The notes: generated by a model from the letters alone, not told the origin. A stretch of 58,788 bases of DNA from Evtepia sp. (GCA_020025735.1 JAHHRP010000001.1:1-58788); one strand, 5' to 3'; positions 1-9,750 are shown, numbered from the stretch's first letter. Made by a program: numbers and translations.

Positions 1-1
1 A

Positions 2-30
2 TGGACATTCCAGATGGTTATAGGTACAAT
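2..30 (+). promoter_or_regulatory. sigma-A type promoter of the lipoprotein gene
   Basis: TGGACA(2-7)-17 bp-TACAAT(25-30) upstream of ATG 69. Confidence 0.6.
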
Positions 31-68
31 AAAAACAGTAATATTCCAATTTATGAAAAGGCGATATC

Positions 69-887
69 ATGAAAAAATTTCCACTACTTTGTTTGACACT
101 CGTATGGTCTCTCAGCTTGACCGCCTGTGGGACATCGCACGGGCAGCCCCACACAGAAAGTGATGCCGCTGCGAACTACTTGGGGAAATATCTCTGTACC
201 AGCATCACTATGGATAACCTGACGATGAACCCTGCTGGCAAGTGGCTGACACTAAAAGATGACGGCACAGCGTCAACTTTCCTGACAGAAGAGGAAAGCG
301 AAGCTGAGTGGAAGCTATCAGGGGATCAGCTCACGATGACTGTGGCTGGGAAAACCATCGGCACAGGGAAGCTCCAGGGCAGCACGCTCACACTGGAGAT
401 GATGGGGATGGAATACACCTTTTCCCAGGAAGGCGTACTAGCCCAGGAGCAGGCTGACGGGACCGCATTTGCGACCTTTACTTGCTATGGCAATTTGTAT
501 GCGGTGCGCTATCCTACGGCACTCTTCCGCCAGGACCCAGCTGGGCTGTCTGATCTGTACAGTGAGGATGGGACGCAGGGTTGGATCACCAAACTGGACA
601 CTTCGGAACGCGTGAACGAGTGGTTAGCTGGGTTTGACGAGAAGAGAACCAAGGAAGGAACAGAAGATTATCAGCGTTTAGAACTCACGGTATCAGGTTA
701 TCCTGCCAGTGCTATTATCTACCGAGATGAGACAAGTTGGCGTAGTGAGGTAATCGTAAACTTTGGTTCAAATGTGGGCAATGAGCGCTATCCGATGTAT
801 GCGGCGTATCTCTACTTTACAGGAGACACCTATATGTCTGTCTGGAGTGAGGAAATACAAGGGATTGTAAACAGCTTAACACTATAA
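69..887 (+). CDS. Lipoprotein of unknown function (272 aa)
   Basis: Signal peptide MKKFPLLCLTLVWSLSLTA-C with lipobox; AAAGG RBS; downstream hairpin. Confidence 0.8.
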   Translation: MKKFPLLCLTLVWSLSLTACGTSHGQPHTESDAAANYLGKYLCTSITMDNLTMNPAGKWLTLKDDGTASTFLTEEESEAEWKLSGDQLTMTVAGKTIGTGKLQGSTLTLEMMGMEYTFSQEGVLAQEQADGTAFATFTCYGNLYAVRYPTALFRQDPAGLSDLYSEDGTQGWITKLDTSERVNEWLAGFDEKRTKEGTEDYQRLELTVSGYPASAIIYRDETSWRSEVIVNFGSNVGNERYPMYAAYLYFTGDTYMSVWSEEIQGIVNSLTL

Positions 888-910
888 GCTGGACTTTTTC
901 GTCTGTATAG

Positions 911-945
911 GCGCGAGGCCAACCCTTTACGGGTTGGCCTCGCGC
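911..945. terminator. Bidirectional terminator hairpin between convergent genes
   Basis: Perfect 15-bp stem GCGCGAGGCCAACCC/GGGTTGGCCTCGCGC with 5-nt loop. Confidence 0.8.
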
Positions 946-1000
946 TACGTATTTAGAGACGGTTTTCCTGTCTCTTCGTATTGTTGTTAGAGATTCTCAA

Positions 1001-4000
1001 TTAGGTGGAGGCAATAATCTTATCTACAACAAACTTGCCAGTACCATCATCCTTGAGTGTAACCTTATCTGCAGCTTTATTGCTAATCTCTTGACCATAT
1101 TTTGCGGCCTTGAGACCAGAAACTGTCAGAGTAACATCCGCTGCCAGTGCATTGGTTTTGGTTGTCAAGATGATTGCCATACCATCATCCTCATAAAGTG
1201 CAGCATCAAACACAGGAGCAGAGCCTCCACCAAATGCAAAACTGCCAGCAACCAGAGCGGTCTTCGTATCCAGCTTCTGGTTGAAAGTAAGCTTGATTGT
1301 AGCCGTCTTTGCAGAGGCATCCTGTGCAATAACCTCTGCCTTAGCAATCTGAACAGACGGAATCTCAGTAACAGTTACCATAGCTTTCTTCAGATCGATG
1401 CTCTGCGTCGGCTGGAAAGTAGCGACAGTCGTAGCCGTTGCCTGAGTATCCACTATAATAGTCTTGCTTTCACCGGGGAGAGCAACTGTCACCTTATACT
1501 TAGAGCCAGCATCAATCTGATTGATTGTTGCGGTCAGTTTGACGATGTCATTCGCAGTTGCATTAACCTTATCCCAGGCAAAAGTCAAGGTGGAATCCTT
1601 GTCTTTTGTCAAAATATTATAGTCTTTCAGAGTCTTGGCATTTGCGTCAGCACTGACAGTAAAGCTATATTTTGTGCCAGAGTTCTTAATATTAGTGAAC
1701 TTAACATCGACAAAGCCAGTGCCAAGTGCCTTGGTGTCTGCACCACCAATATTGGCAGCTTGAGCAACGCCATTGCCATTGGTCAGGGTAATTTCTTTGC
1801 CCTCCAGGGTCCCCCCAGTTGCGCCAGTGATGGTGAAATCAGCCTTGGCGGAAACCTGGCCAGCCAGCCAAGTGCCAGTGGTTACCGCCAGCTGAGCACC
1901 GGTAGTGTCGAGAGTAGTAGTAGTCGCAGCGGCCAGGGCTTGATCATCGCCAACGGTCAGCTTGGTCTCGCCGTTGAAGTAACGAACCAGGACCTTGGAG
2001 GCCGTCAGGGATTCCGGCTTAACGGTTACGCCGTCGTATGCACCGAAGTCAACATCCGAATTGGTACTCTTCTGTGCCTTTGCGTCGAGGTCATTCATAG
2101 TGAAGGCACCAATTTCCTTGCCGTTTTTATCAAGTACCTTGTAGGTGACAGTATATTTAGCATCATCTGTGGCCCACTCAGGCTTCGTCACAGTGATGTT
2201 GAATACCAGGTCACCAGTGGGGGTCACGCGACTGCCGGAAACGGTCACATTGTCGATTCCATTGACCTTGTCACCCGTATTGGAGGTCGTCCCATCTTCA
2301 TTGCCACCGTAAATCAGATTATCATTATTAGCGCTGACCAAATCGTCCTTGTGTGCGTCGCTCTTGAACCAACGGCCCTGCTCGATAACGACCAGGTCGG
2401 GCTCATCACCGCTCAGACCAGCGTACAGAACGTTAGCCAGGTACTTCTTGCCATCGGCAGTCTTGTCAGCTTCGTTGATGCTGCCGTCCTTCTGGCCGGT
2501 CTTATCGTCGGAATTGACATACAAGATGGTAGCGTTGCTGATATCCAGATCGCCGACACCAATGACGGAGATGGTCTTCTTGTCAGTGGAAACCTTGGTG
2601 ATTGCGCTCAGCGCTGCGTCCTTATCCTTGACCATAGCATCCACGTCATCAATCCAGTTGACGTTGTCCTTAGCATTCAGGGTGTTGTAGCCAATCACAG
2701 TGCGTGCGGTACGGTCGCTCAGGGTGTTGTGATCCTCCTGAACGGTGATCTCCTCGGTGCCGTTCCACATCTTGAAGGTGAGAGTCTTGTTTCTGGTGAT
2801 CCACTTTGCGTCCTCGGTGATGAAGCCGTAGTGGTTCCAGCTCTGGTTGCTCACCTTATCCAACTCAGCATTGACTTGTACAGCCAGAGCGCCAATGCGG
2901 TCCAGACCGTTCATGTCGCCGGAGAAGCCGTAGACAATGCTGCCATCCACAACAGTGCCACCCTTGCCCTTACCATTAATATTATCCAGATCCAGAGCGT
3001 TGAACTGCTTGCCAGTCAGGTCAGCAACCTTTTTGCTGCCTGGATTGTACAACAGAACTTGTGCGTTGTCATCAATCTTGAGACCATCAAACTTATCGCC
3101 AGCCAAATCAGACTTGTTCAGAGTCTTATCACCACGGAAGGTCAGGTCGCCGTAATACTCTTCGTACTTCGTATCTGCAACACCGTTCTGCAGCTTTTCA
3201 AAGCTGTACTTATCACCGGACACAGTGTACTCGTACACAGTACCAAGGTTGCCCTTCAGGTCAGCGAACTTCACGGTGCTGTCCTTGTCAACGGTAACGG
3301 TCTTTTCAGTGCCGTCGAAGAGAGCAATTTTCACACGGTCCTCAACACCAGTGGTGTCGGCAGCCATGATGAGGGCAACGTTGTCCACGCGGCCAGTGTT
3401 GGTCCCGGTGGACTTCTTCATGTAGAAGGTGATGCCGTTGACGGCAACATACTCTACGTTGTCGCCAGCCTTCACGGTGTTCAGGTCAGCCTTGGAGCGG
3501 TCGCCCTGGACAGCTGCTGCACTATTGTACCAGGTCTCACCGATCTGATACTGGTCATACTTAATCTTACCTTTGACAGTGCCATTGTCGAAGAAGGACT
3601 CGCTTTCCTTGTTGTTGCGCAGAGCAGCCAGGGTATCCTTCTGCACTTCTGCCTTGACGACGTCAAACTTGTCCTGGAACAGGTTTCTGGTGATGACTAC
3701 CCAGTCGTCCTTTTTCAGGCCCTCGGCAATGTTCTCGTCAGCGTTCTTATAGGTCTTGCCAGCAGCGATGATCTTGTCAGAACCAACATAAGTGACCTTA
3801 GCCACATTATAGGTCTTGACGATCAGGGCATCCAGCTTGCCGTTGCCGTTAGAGTCAACAAAGGTATAGACGTTGGGGTTAAAGGTGTTGGCGTCCAACT
3901 CATCGAGGGTGGTGCCGTTGGCCAGCACGCCGTCAACATAAGTGGTGATCTCACCCTTGCTGTTGGTCTCGACAGAGTAAGACTTGCCGTCGAACTTCAC

Positions 4001-4969
4001 CTTGTTGTCGTCCTTGGAGGTCTCGTTGGCAACGGTAGTGTAGATCTTGTTGTCGTTGATAGCAAAGACACCCAGAACCTGGTCGCTGTGGTTTCTGTTG
4101 TAAACGACCTTGACCTTCTGACCCATCAAAGCAGAGTAGTCCTCGTCCAGCTTGGAGAAGCTGCTCACGTAGGGCTTGTCGCTGGCCAGCTGATCGGCGG
4201 CAGGACTCATGGTGATGGAGAGATCTGTCTTGTCAACGCCGGTCAGGGTACCTACGCTGATCAGCGCGTTGTAGCGGTCGCGCAGCAGGGTGATCTTGTC
4301 GTCGGTCTGGCCCACGACCTTGTCCTGCACCACACCGTCCTTGTACTCGACCTCGTAAGCCTGCATGGCGTTCCAGACCATCTGGGCAGCCTGGTCACGG
4401 GTCACAGCAGCAGAAGTGTCCATCTTCTCCAGGCCGTCATACAAGTGCTTCTGAGCAGCACGGACGTTGACGTTGGTCTCCCAAGCGTTGCCGGTGAACT
4501 TCTCATTGGTAGCATTGTAGCCCAGGGACACCAGCAGCATCTTAGCCAGCTGAGCGCCGGTCACGTTGCCTGCGGGAGCAAAACGGCCACCGCCGACACC
4601 GTCCACGATGCCCTGTGCCACACAGGACTCAATGTAGCCCTCGGCCCAAGCGTGAATGGTCCCGCGCACATCTTTGAAGGTGGGCTTAGCATTGGTGCTC
4701 ACATTGGGCTCCTTGCCACCGTTCAGGGCCACGCAGATCATCTTTGTGACCTCGGACCGCTTGATGTTGCGCTCAGGATGGAACGATCCATCCTCGTACC
4801 CGACGAGGATGTTCAGTGCAGAGCACGCATCCACCGCCTCAGTGTTCTCGATCTTGTCCTGATCTGAGAACGCTGCCCCGGCGCCCATGACCATGACTGA
4901 CAGCATCACAGCAACACAGAGCACCAGGCTCAGAACCTTCTTCTGGCGATGCCCCTTGATTTTAAACAC
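1001..4969 (-). CDS. S-layer homology (SLH) domain surface-layer protein (~1322 aa)
   Basis: Signal peptide KKVLSLVLCVAVMLSVMVMGAGA; SLH motifs (LVGYEDGSFHPERNIKRSEV, GIVDGVGGGRFAPAGNVTGAQ, AVTRDQAAQM); GTG start at 4969 after GAGAGG RBS; strong codon bias. Confidence 0.9.
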   Translation of the reverse strand: MFKIKGHRQKKVLSLVLCVAVMLSVMVMGAGAAFSDQDKIENTEAVDACSALNILVGYEDGSFHPERNIKRSEVTKMICVALNGGKEPNVSTNAKPTFKDVRGTIHAWAEGYIESCVAQGIVDGVGGGRFAPAGNVTGAQLAKMLLVSLGYNATNEKFTGNAWETNVNVRAAQKHLYDGLEKMDTSAAVTRDQAAQMVWNAMQAYEVEYKDGVVQDKVVGQTDDKITLLRDRYNALISVGTLTGVDKTDLSITMSPAADQLASDKPYVSSFSKLDEDYSALMGQKVKVVYNRNHSDQVLGVFAINDNKIYTTVANETSKDDNKVKFDGKSYSVETNSKGEITTYVDGVLANGTTLDELDANTFNPNVYTFVDSNGNGKLDALIVKTYNVAKVTYVGSDKIIAAGKTYKNADENIAEGLKKDDWVVITRNLFQDKFDVVKAEVQKDTLAALRNNKESESFFDNGTVKGKIKYDQYQIGETWYNSAAAVQGDRSKADLNTVKAGDNVEYVAVNGITFYMKKSTGTNTGRVDNVALIMAADTTGVEDRVKIALFDGTEKTVTVDKDSTVKFADLKGNLGTVYEYTVSGDKYSFEKLQNGVADTKYEEYYGDLTFRGDKTLNKSDLAGDKFDGLKIDDNAQVLLYNPGSKKVADLTGKQFNALDLDNINGKGKGGTVVDGSIVYGFSGDMNGLDRIGALAVQVNAELDKVSNQSWNHYGFITEDAKWITRNKTLTFKMWNGTEEITVQEDHNTLSDRTARTVIGYNTLNAKDNVNWIDDVDAMVKDKDAALSAITKVSTDKKTISVIGVGDLDISNATILYVNSDDKTGQKDGSINEADKTADGKKYLANVLYAGLSGDEPDLVVIEQGRWFKSDAHKDDLVSANNDNLIYGGNEDGTTSNTGDKVNGIDNVTVSGSRVTPTGDLVFNITVTKPEWATDDAKYTVTYKVLDKNGKEIGAFTMNDLDAKAQKSTNSDVDFGAYDGVTVKPESLTASKVLVRYFNGETKLTVGDDQALAAATTTTLDTTGAQLAVTTGTWLAGQVSAKADFTITGATGGTLEGKEITLTNGNGVAQAANIGGADTKALGTGFVDVKFTNIKNSGTKYSFTVSADANAKTLKDYNILTKDKDSTLTFAWDKVNATANDIVKLTATINQIDAGSKYKVTVALPGESKTIIVDTQATATTVATFQPTQSIDLKKAMVTVTEIPSVQIAKAEVIAQDASAKTATIKLTFNQKLDTKTALVAGSFAFGGGSAPVFDAALYEDDGMAIILTTKTNALAADVTLTVSGLKAAKYGQEISNKAADKVTLKDDGTGKFVVDKIIAST

Positions 4970-4980
4970 TTTTTCCTCTC

Positions 4981-5013
4981 TTTTCCCACCGTTTTCCCAC
5001 AGCATTCCCACAG
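4981..5013. repeat. Three tandem 11-bp direct repeats immediately upstream of the S-layer RBS
   Basis: ttttcccaccg / ttttcccacag / cattcccacag. Confidence 0.8.
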
Positions 5014-5042
5014 AAAAAGGCCTGTTTTCTCCGATATAAGCC

Positions 5043-5088
5043 AGACAAATTCCCCGGTGTCTGCTAGCAGACACCGGGGAATTTGTCT
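5043..5088. terminator. Perfect 46-bp palindrome, probable terminator of the oxidoreductase operon
   Basis: AGACAAATTCCCCGGTGTCTGCT|AGCAGACACCGGGGAATTTGTCT is its own reverse complement; lies just downstream of stop 5106. Confidence 0.75.
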
Positions 5089-5105
5089 TTGTAAGACGGA
5101 CAGAA

Positions 5106-7172
5106 TTAACCGTCTATTTCATTTTCCAAAATACGCAAAGCACCAGTAGGACAGGCCTCAGCGCACTTGAGACAATCTACACATTCTCGAACCACATCAC
5201 TGTGCTGGAACTCTGGAGAAATGGAAGTTTCAAAGCCTCGGTTCACCAGACCTAAAATTCCCTTTCCAACCACTTCACTGCATAGACGCACGCACTGGTT
5301 ACACAAGATACATTTGCCTTGGTCCCGTTCAATGACTACCAAACGCTTCTCTTTATAGCTAGGATGAAGTTTGCCACTCCCGTTGCCCCGCAGACGCTCA
5401 ATGCGTTCAGGCTGTAGTTCATAGAGATTTGCACAACGAATGAGCCTACACTCATCAAAGTCATGGCAGCCACAGTCCAGACAGCGTGCGGCCTCAGCCC
5501 GGGCCTGGGCCTCAGAGAAGCCCAGATTGATCTCCTCAAAGTCGTGTTTCCGTTCCTCAGGATCCCGAGTCGGCATTTTAGCACGGGGAAGCTTAATATA
5601 GTCTGCATAATAATCAGGCGAAACATTCTTGACAGACAGGTATGTTTTCTGATATGGTACCTGAATACCGTTGAGGTATAAGTCTACCACCTTAGCACAG
5701 CGGCGCGCCTCGCCAATGGCCTCAATCGCAATGGATGCTCCCTGGTTCGTCGCATCACCCACAGCAAAAACACCAGGCATAGAGGTGCGATAGCTCGTCT
5801 CATCAGCAGAGATAATCCCCTTCCGGTTAAGCTCAATCCCCTCAAACCCCGCCACATTGGCCTTCTGTCCGATGGCACTGATGACACATGTAAGCGGAAG
5901 CACCTCAAACTTACCCTCCACAGGAACAGGCCGACGGCGGCCACTCTCATCGGGTTCTCCCAGTTCCATGACTTGGAGCCTCATTTCTTTGACTTTCCCA
6001 TTCTCTCCGACAATCTCAGCAGGATTTGTAAGGAATTTATAGATCACGCCCTCTTCTCGGGCCTCGTCGATCTCCAACTGTTCCGCAGGCATCTCTGCCT
6101 CGGTACGGCGGTAAACCACATAGACTTCCTTCGCGCCCAAACGAACAGCTGTGCGACAGGCATCCATGGCGGTGTTGCCGCCGCCTACCACAGCCACCTT
6201 ATCCCCGATGACAGGCTTTTCGCCCAATGCTACCCGCTGTAAGAAATCGATGCCGCCCATGACGCCCTCCAAGTCCTCTCCGGGGCAGCCGATAGGCATA
6301 CTTTCCCAGGCACCAATCGCTAAGACCACCGCATCGTAGTGGTTCTTAAACTCCTCAAAAGTCGCATCTGTCCCGATGCGATAGTTGTTTTTCATTTCTA
6401 CGCCCAAAGAAGCGATCTCCGCAATCTCCTCGTCCAGCACCCGTTTGGGCAAGCGGTACTCAGGAATGCCGTAGCGGAGCATCCCCCCCATCTGGGGCAT
6501 TGCGTCCACAATGGTCACACGGTGTCCTTTAAGCGACAGATAATACGCTGCGGTAAGTCCACCAGGTCCGCCGCCGATAATACCCACACGCTTACCGGTA
6601 GCAGCTGCCTTGGCAGGCAAATAACCTCCTGCTTGAATGACTCGGTCAGCTGCAAAATATTTCAGATAAGAGATGGAGATTGGCTCCTCCACCATTTGCC
6701 GACGGCAGCCACCCTCACAAGGATGAGGACAGACCCGGCCAATGGAAGCGGGAATCGGCAGACGCTCCTTCAGGATTCGTACAGCCTCTTTATCATCGCC
6801 TCGGGCAATGGCCTGAATATACCCCTGCGCGTTAACACTGGCAGGACACTTGAGTACACATGGGCCTCTACAATCTCCATCGTGGTCACTCATGAGCAGC
6901 TCAATGCTGGTCTTGCGGGTGCGAACTACCCGTTCAGACTCCGTATAAATCACTTGTCCATCCTGGGCCTCAGTAGCACAGGCCCGCAGGAGCTTAGGGT
7001 TGCCCTCTGCTTCCACTACGCAGAGGCTGCAGCCACCGTAATGGTTTAGCTCTCCGTTATGGCAGAGGTTTGGAATCGCGATCCCATTGCTTTCCGCGAT
7101 CTCCAGGAGGGTCTGACCGGCCTTACCAACACAGGTCTTACCGTTGATCGTAATCTTAATTCTCGATTTCAT
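5106..7172 (-). CDS. FAD/Fe-S oxidoreductase: NuoG/HydA-like 2Fe-2S N-terminus + GltD/NfnB-like NADP(H) domain + 2x[4Fe-4S] (StnC/BfuA-like)
   Basis: IPNLCH...GGCSLCVVE 2Fe-2S motif; GRVCPHPCEGGC; GGGPGG; GGMLRYGIPEYRLP; GGGNTAMD; VYRRT; C-terminal CILCNQC and CVDCLKC. Confidence 0.85.
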   Translation of the reverse strand: MKSRIKITINGKTCVGKAGQTLLEIAESNGIAIPNLCHNGELNHYGGCSLCVVEAEGNPKLLRACATEAQDGQVIYTESERVVRTRKTSIELLMSDHDGDCRGPCVLKCPASVNAQGYIQAIARGDDKEAVRILKERLPIPASIGRVCPHPCEGGCRRQMVEEPISISYLKYFAADRVIQAGGYLPAKAAATGKRVGIIGGGPGGLTAAYYLSLKGHRVTIVDAMPQMGGMLRYGIPEYRLPKRVLDEEIAEIASLGVEMKNNYRIGTDATFEEFKNHYDAVVLAIGAWESMPIGCPGEDLEGVMGGIDFLQRVALGEKPVIGDKVAVVGGGNTAMDACRTAVRLGAKEVYVVYRRTEAEMPAEQLEIDEAREEGVIYKFLTNPAEIVGENGKVKEMRLQVMELGEPDESGRRRPVPVEGKFEVLPLTCVISAIGQKANVAGFEGIELNRKGIISADETSYRTSMPGVFAVGDATNQGASIAIEAIGEARRCAKVVDLYLNGIQVPYQKTYLSVKNVSPDYYADYIKLPRAKMPTRDPEERKHDFEEINLGFSEAQARAEAARCLDCGCHDFDECRLIRCANLYELQPERIERLRGNGSGKLHPSYKEKRLVVIERDQGKCILCNQCVRLCSEVVGKGILGLVNRGFETSISPEFQHSDVVRECVDCLKCAEACPTGALRILENEIDG

Positions 7173-7189
7173 AACATACCCCTCCTTCC

Positions 7190-9430
7190 TTACTCTACAA
7201 CAATGGCGCCAAACTTACAGGAAGTAACGCATTGTTTACATTTGATACAAGCGGACTGATTAATAACATGGGTCTCTTTCCGCGCCCCACTGATACATTC
7301 GACAGGACACTTCCGAGCACAAACGGTGCATCCAACGCATTTCGCTGGATCAATCGAGATGGTCAGCAAGGCAGAACATTCACACGCCGGGCATTTCTTA
7401 TCCCGGATGTGGGCTTCATATTCATCCCGGAAATAGCGGATGGTTGTCAACACAGGGTTGGGCGCTGTCTGGCCTAGACCACACAAGGAACCGTCCTTGA
7501 TACTCAGGCACAGTTCTTCCAGCATCTCAATGTCCCCTTCTTGACCTTGCCCTTCACAGATCCGGTTGAGAATTTCCATCATACGTGTGGTGCCGATTCG
7601 ACATGGGACACATTTGCCACAGGATTCTCGGGCAGTGAAATCCAGGAAAAAGCGGGCGATATTCACCATACAGGTGCTGTCATCCATGACCACCATACCG
7701 CCAGAGCCCATAATGGCTCCCGTTGCCGAAAGGGCTTTATAGTCGATGGGGGTCTCCACCAAAGCCGCTGGGATACAACCGCCAGAAGGTCCACCCATCT
7801 GCACCGCCTTGTAGGCACGATCATTCTTGATCCCACCAGCAATATCAAAGATAACATCCTTCAGAGATTTTCCCATAGGCACTTCCACCAGGCCGCCACG
7901 CTGCACCTTACCAGTCAGGGCAAAGACCTTGGTCCCCTTGGAATTCTCCGTTCCCATCGCAGAGAAAGCCTCGCCGCCATTATGAATGATCCAGGCCACG
8001 TTGGCAAAAGTTTCTACGTTATTAATATTGGATGGCTCATTCAAATAGCCGCTCTGTGCGGGGAAGGGAGGTTTCAGACGAGGCATCCCTCGCTTTCCTT
8101 CCATGGATTCGATGAGCGCTGTCTCCTCACCGCAGACAAACGCGCCTGCACCGATTTTGATGTGTAAATTACAGGAAAACCCACTACCCAGAATATTTTC
8201 ACCGAGGAGTCCACGGCTGGTCGCCTGTTCAATGGCTTGACTCAGACGCTCCACTGCCAGGGGATACTCTGCCCGGATATAAACAAACATATCTCTGGCA
8301 CCAATGGCGTACGCACCAATGAGCATCCCCTCAATAAGGGTGTGCGGATCAGACTCGATGAGGGCGCGGTCCATAAACGCACCGGGGTCCCCTTCGTCTG
8401 CGTTACAGATCAGGTGTTTATGTTCCCCTGCTGCTTTCCGGGCTGCATCCCACTTGAACCAGGTGGGGAAGCCCGCACCGCCGCGACCAGCCAGACCAGA
8501 GATCTTGATTTCTTCAATCACTTCCTCTGGTTCCATCTGTAAGGCTTTGTCTAGGGCCTTGTATCCGTCGTGATTGATGTAGTCATCAATGCTCGTGGGG
8601 TTCACCATACCACAGTTTCGCAAGGCAACCCGTTTCTGTTTTTTCAGGAAACGGCTGTCCTCATTGCTAATAAACATCGCCTCCAACTTGGAGAAATCGT
8701 TTTTCCGCACGGCTTCCACGATGCCCAAGGCATCGGTCTCGGTGACACGAACCAGACGATGGAGGAGTTGGTCTCCCTCATAAATGTCCACAATTGGCTC
8801 CAAATAGCACATCCCAATACAGCCGGTGGTTTCCACGGTAAATCTGTCCGTAGCCGTCTTGTGTCCAGATAGGACCTTTGCTACACGGGAGGCACCAGCA
8901 GAGATGCCGCAACTACCCTGACCCACCAAAATGCGGATTCCTTGCCCGGATTCTCGCTGGCGCAGCTGACGAAGAATGGTAATTGTTTTTTCTGGGGTAA
9001 GGTTTCCATAAGTGTCGCCGTTAATCATCATTACAGGGGCCAGTGAGCAGCACCCCAGACAAGCCACCTCGTTGAGGGTAAACATTCCATCTTCTGTGGT
9101 CTCGCCGTCTCCGATCCCCAACTCCTTCGTAATCGCGGTGCGAATGCGCTCAGAACCGTTGACGTGGCACGCGGTTCCGTCACATAGCATGATCTGGTAG
9201 GTACCCATAGGCTTAAGACGGAAGTAGCTGTAAAAGGTTGCTACACCCATCACCTTGGCAGGGCTGTTCCCTGTCCGCTCTGCTACATGGTAAATCACTT
9301 CTTGGGGAAGATAGCCATAGATCGACTGGGCTTGCTGCAAGATCATAATCAGGCTGGTGGTATCGTCCTGGTACTGCCGCAGGACGCCTTCCATCAGGCT
9401 TAGATCGACGCCCGACTTAAACTCGGTCAT
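7190..9430 (-). CDS. Fused NuoE-like + thioredoxin-like 2Fe-2S + NuoF-like diaphorase subunit (HydC-HydB / StnA-StnB fusion)
   Basis: CDGTACHVNG...ACLGCCSLAP (NuoE); GQGSCG...TGCIGMCYLEP; GRGGAGFP, CNADEGDPGAFMDR, GAFVCGEETAL, ESCGKCVPCR; two C-terminal [4Fe-4S] motifs; ATG 9430 after AAAGGAG. Confidence 0.9.
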   Translation of the reverse strand: MTEFKSGVDLSLMEGVLRQYQDDTTSLIMILQQAQSIYGYLPQEVIYHVAERTGNSPAKVMGVATFYSYFRLKPMGTYQIMLCDGTACHVNGSERIRTAITKELGIGDGETTEDGMFTLNEVACLGCCSLAPVMMINGDTYGNLTPEKTITILRQLRQRESGQGIRILVGQGSCGISAGASRVAKVLSGHKTATDRFTVETTGCIGMCYLEPIVDIYEGDQLLHRLVRVTETDALGIVEAVRKNDFSKLEAMFISNEDSRFLKKQKRVALRNCGMVNPTSIDDYINHDGYKALDKALQMEPEEVIEEIKISGLAGRGGAGFPTWFKWDAARKAAGEHKHLICNADEGDPGAFMDRALIESDPHTLIEGMLIGAYAIGARDMFVYIRAEYPLAVERLSQAIEQATSRGLLGENILGSGFSCNLHIKIGAGAFVCGEETALIESMEGKRGMPRLKPPFPAQSGYLNEPSNINNVETFANVAWIIHNGGEAFSAMGTENSKGTKVFALTGKVQRGGLVEVPMGKSLKDVIFDIAGGIKNDRAYKAVQMGGPSGGCIPAALVETPIDYKALSATGAIMGSGGMVVMDDSTCMVNIARFFLDFTARESCGKCVPCRIGTTRMMEILNRICEGQGQEGDIEMLEELCLSIKDGSLCGLGQTAPNPVLTTIRYFRDEYEAHIRDKKCPACECSALLTISIDPAKCVGCTVCARKCPVECISGARKETHVINQSACIKCKQCVTSCKFGAIVVE

Positions 9431-9535
9431 TGTCTTCACTCCTTTAATTTTGTGGGGACTTCATTTATCATTTTTACAGTTTTTTTATCTTATCTTTCAT
9501 TTTCCCCATCTCAAACTAAAAATACTATCGAACAA

Positions 9536-9564
9536 ATTATAACGTCCTGACATCCATTTTGCAA
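9536..9564 (-). promoter_or_regulatory. sigma-A promoter of the oxidoreductase operon
   Basis: Minus strand TTGCAA-17 bp-TATAAT. Confidence 0.7.
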
Positions 9565-9678
9565 GTGCATTTCCTTCCTCGGGCAGATTTATTTGTGGGA
9601 TTTCCCGCGATATTTTTGATGGATATCTAAAAAAATCCTGATTTTCTTCCCTTATACATGCAAGCTTTTCTGCAAATA

Positions 9679-9711
9679 AAAAAGAGACTTGAAAATTTCA
9701 AGTCTCTTTTT
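9679..9711 (-). terminator. Intrinsic terminator after nrdD
   Basis: AAAAAGAGACTTGAAA / TTTCAAGTCTCTTTTT inverted repeat with A/T tails. Confidence 0.8.
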
Positions 9712-9750
9712 GCAATATTTTATTCATTTTTTGATTCAAAGCCACAGTAA

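Noticed and set aside
1091..4867. 1258-aa ORF antisense to the S-layer gene
   Set aside because: Shadow frame caused by codon bias; no RBS and no protein-like motifs. The same applies to the long antisense ORFs over nrdD, mazG, ftsH and secA.
5106..7172. [FeFe]-hydrogenase, formate dehydrogenase or glutamate synthase small subunit call
   Set aside because: No H-cluster motifs, no molybdopterin domain and no gltB partner in the locus
9590..9612. Rex operator upstream of the oxidoreductase operon
   Set aside because: TTGTGGGATTTCCCGCGA deviates too much from TTGTGAA-N4-TTCACAA
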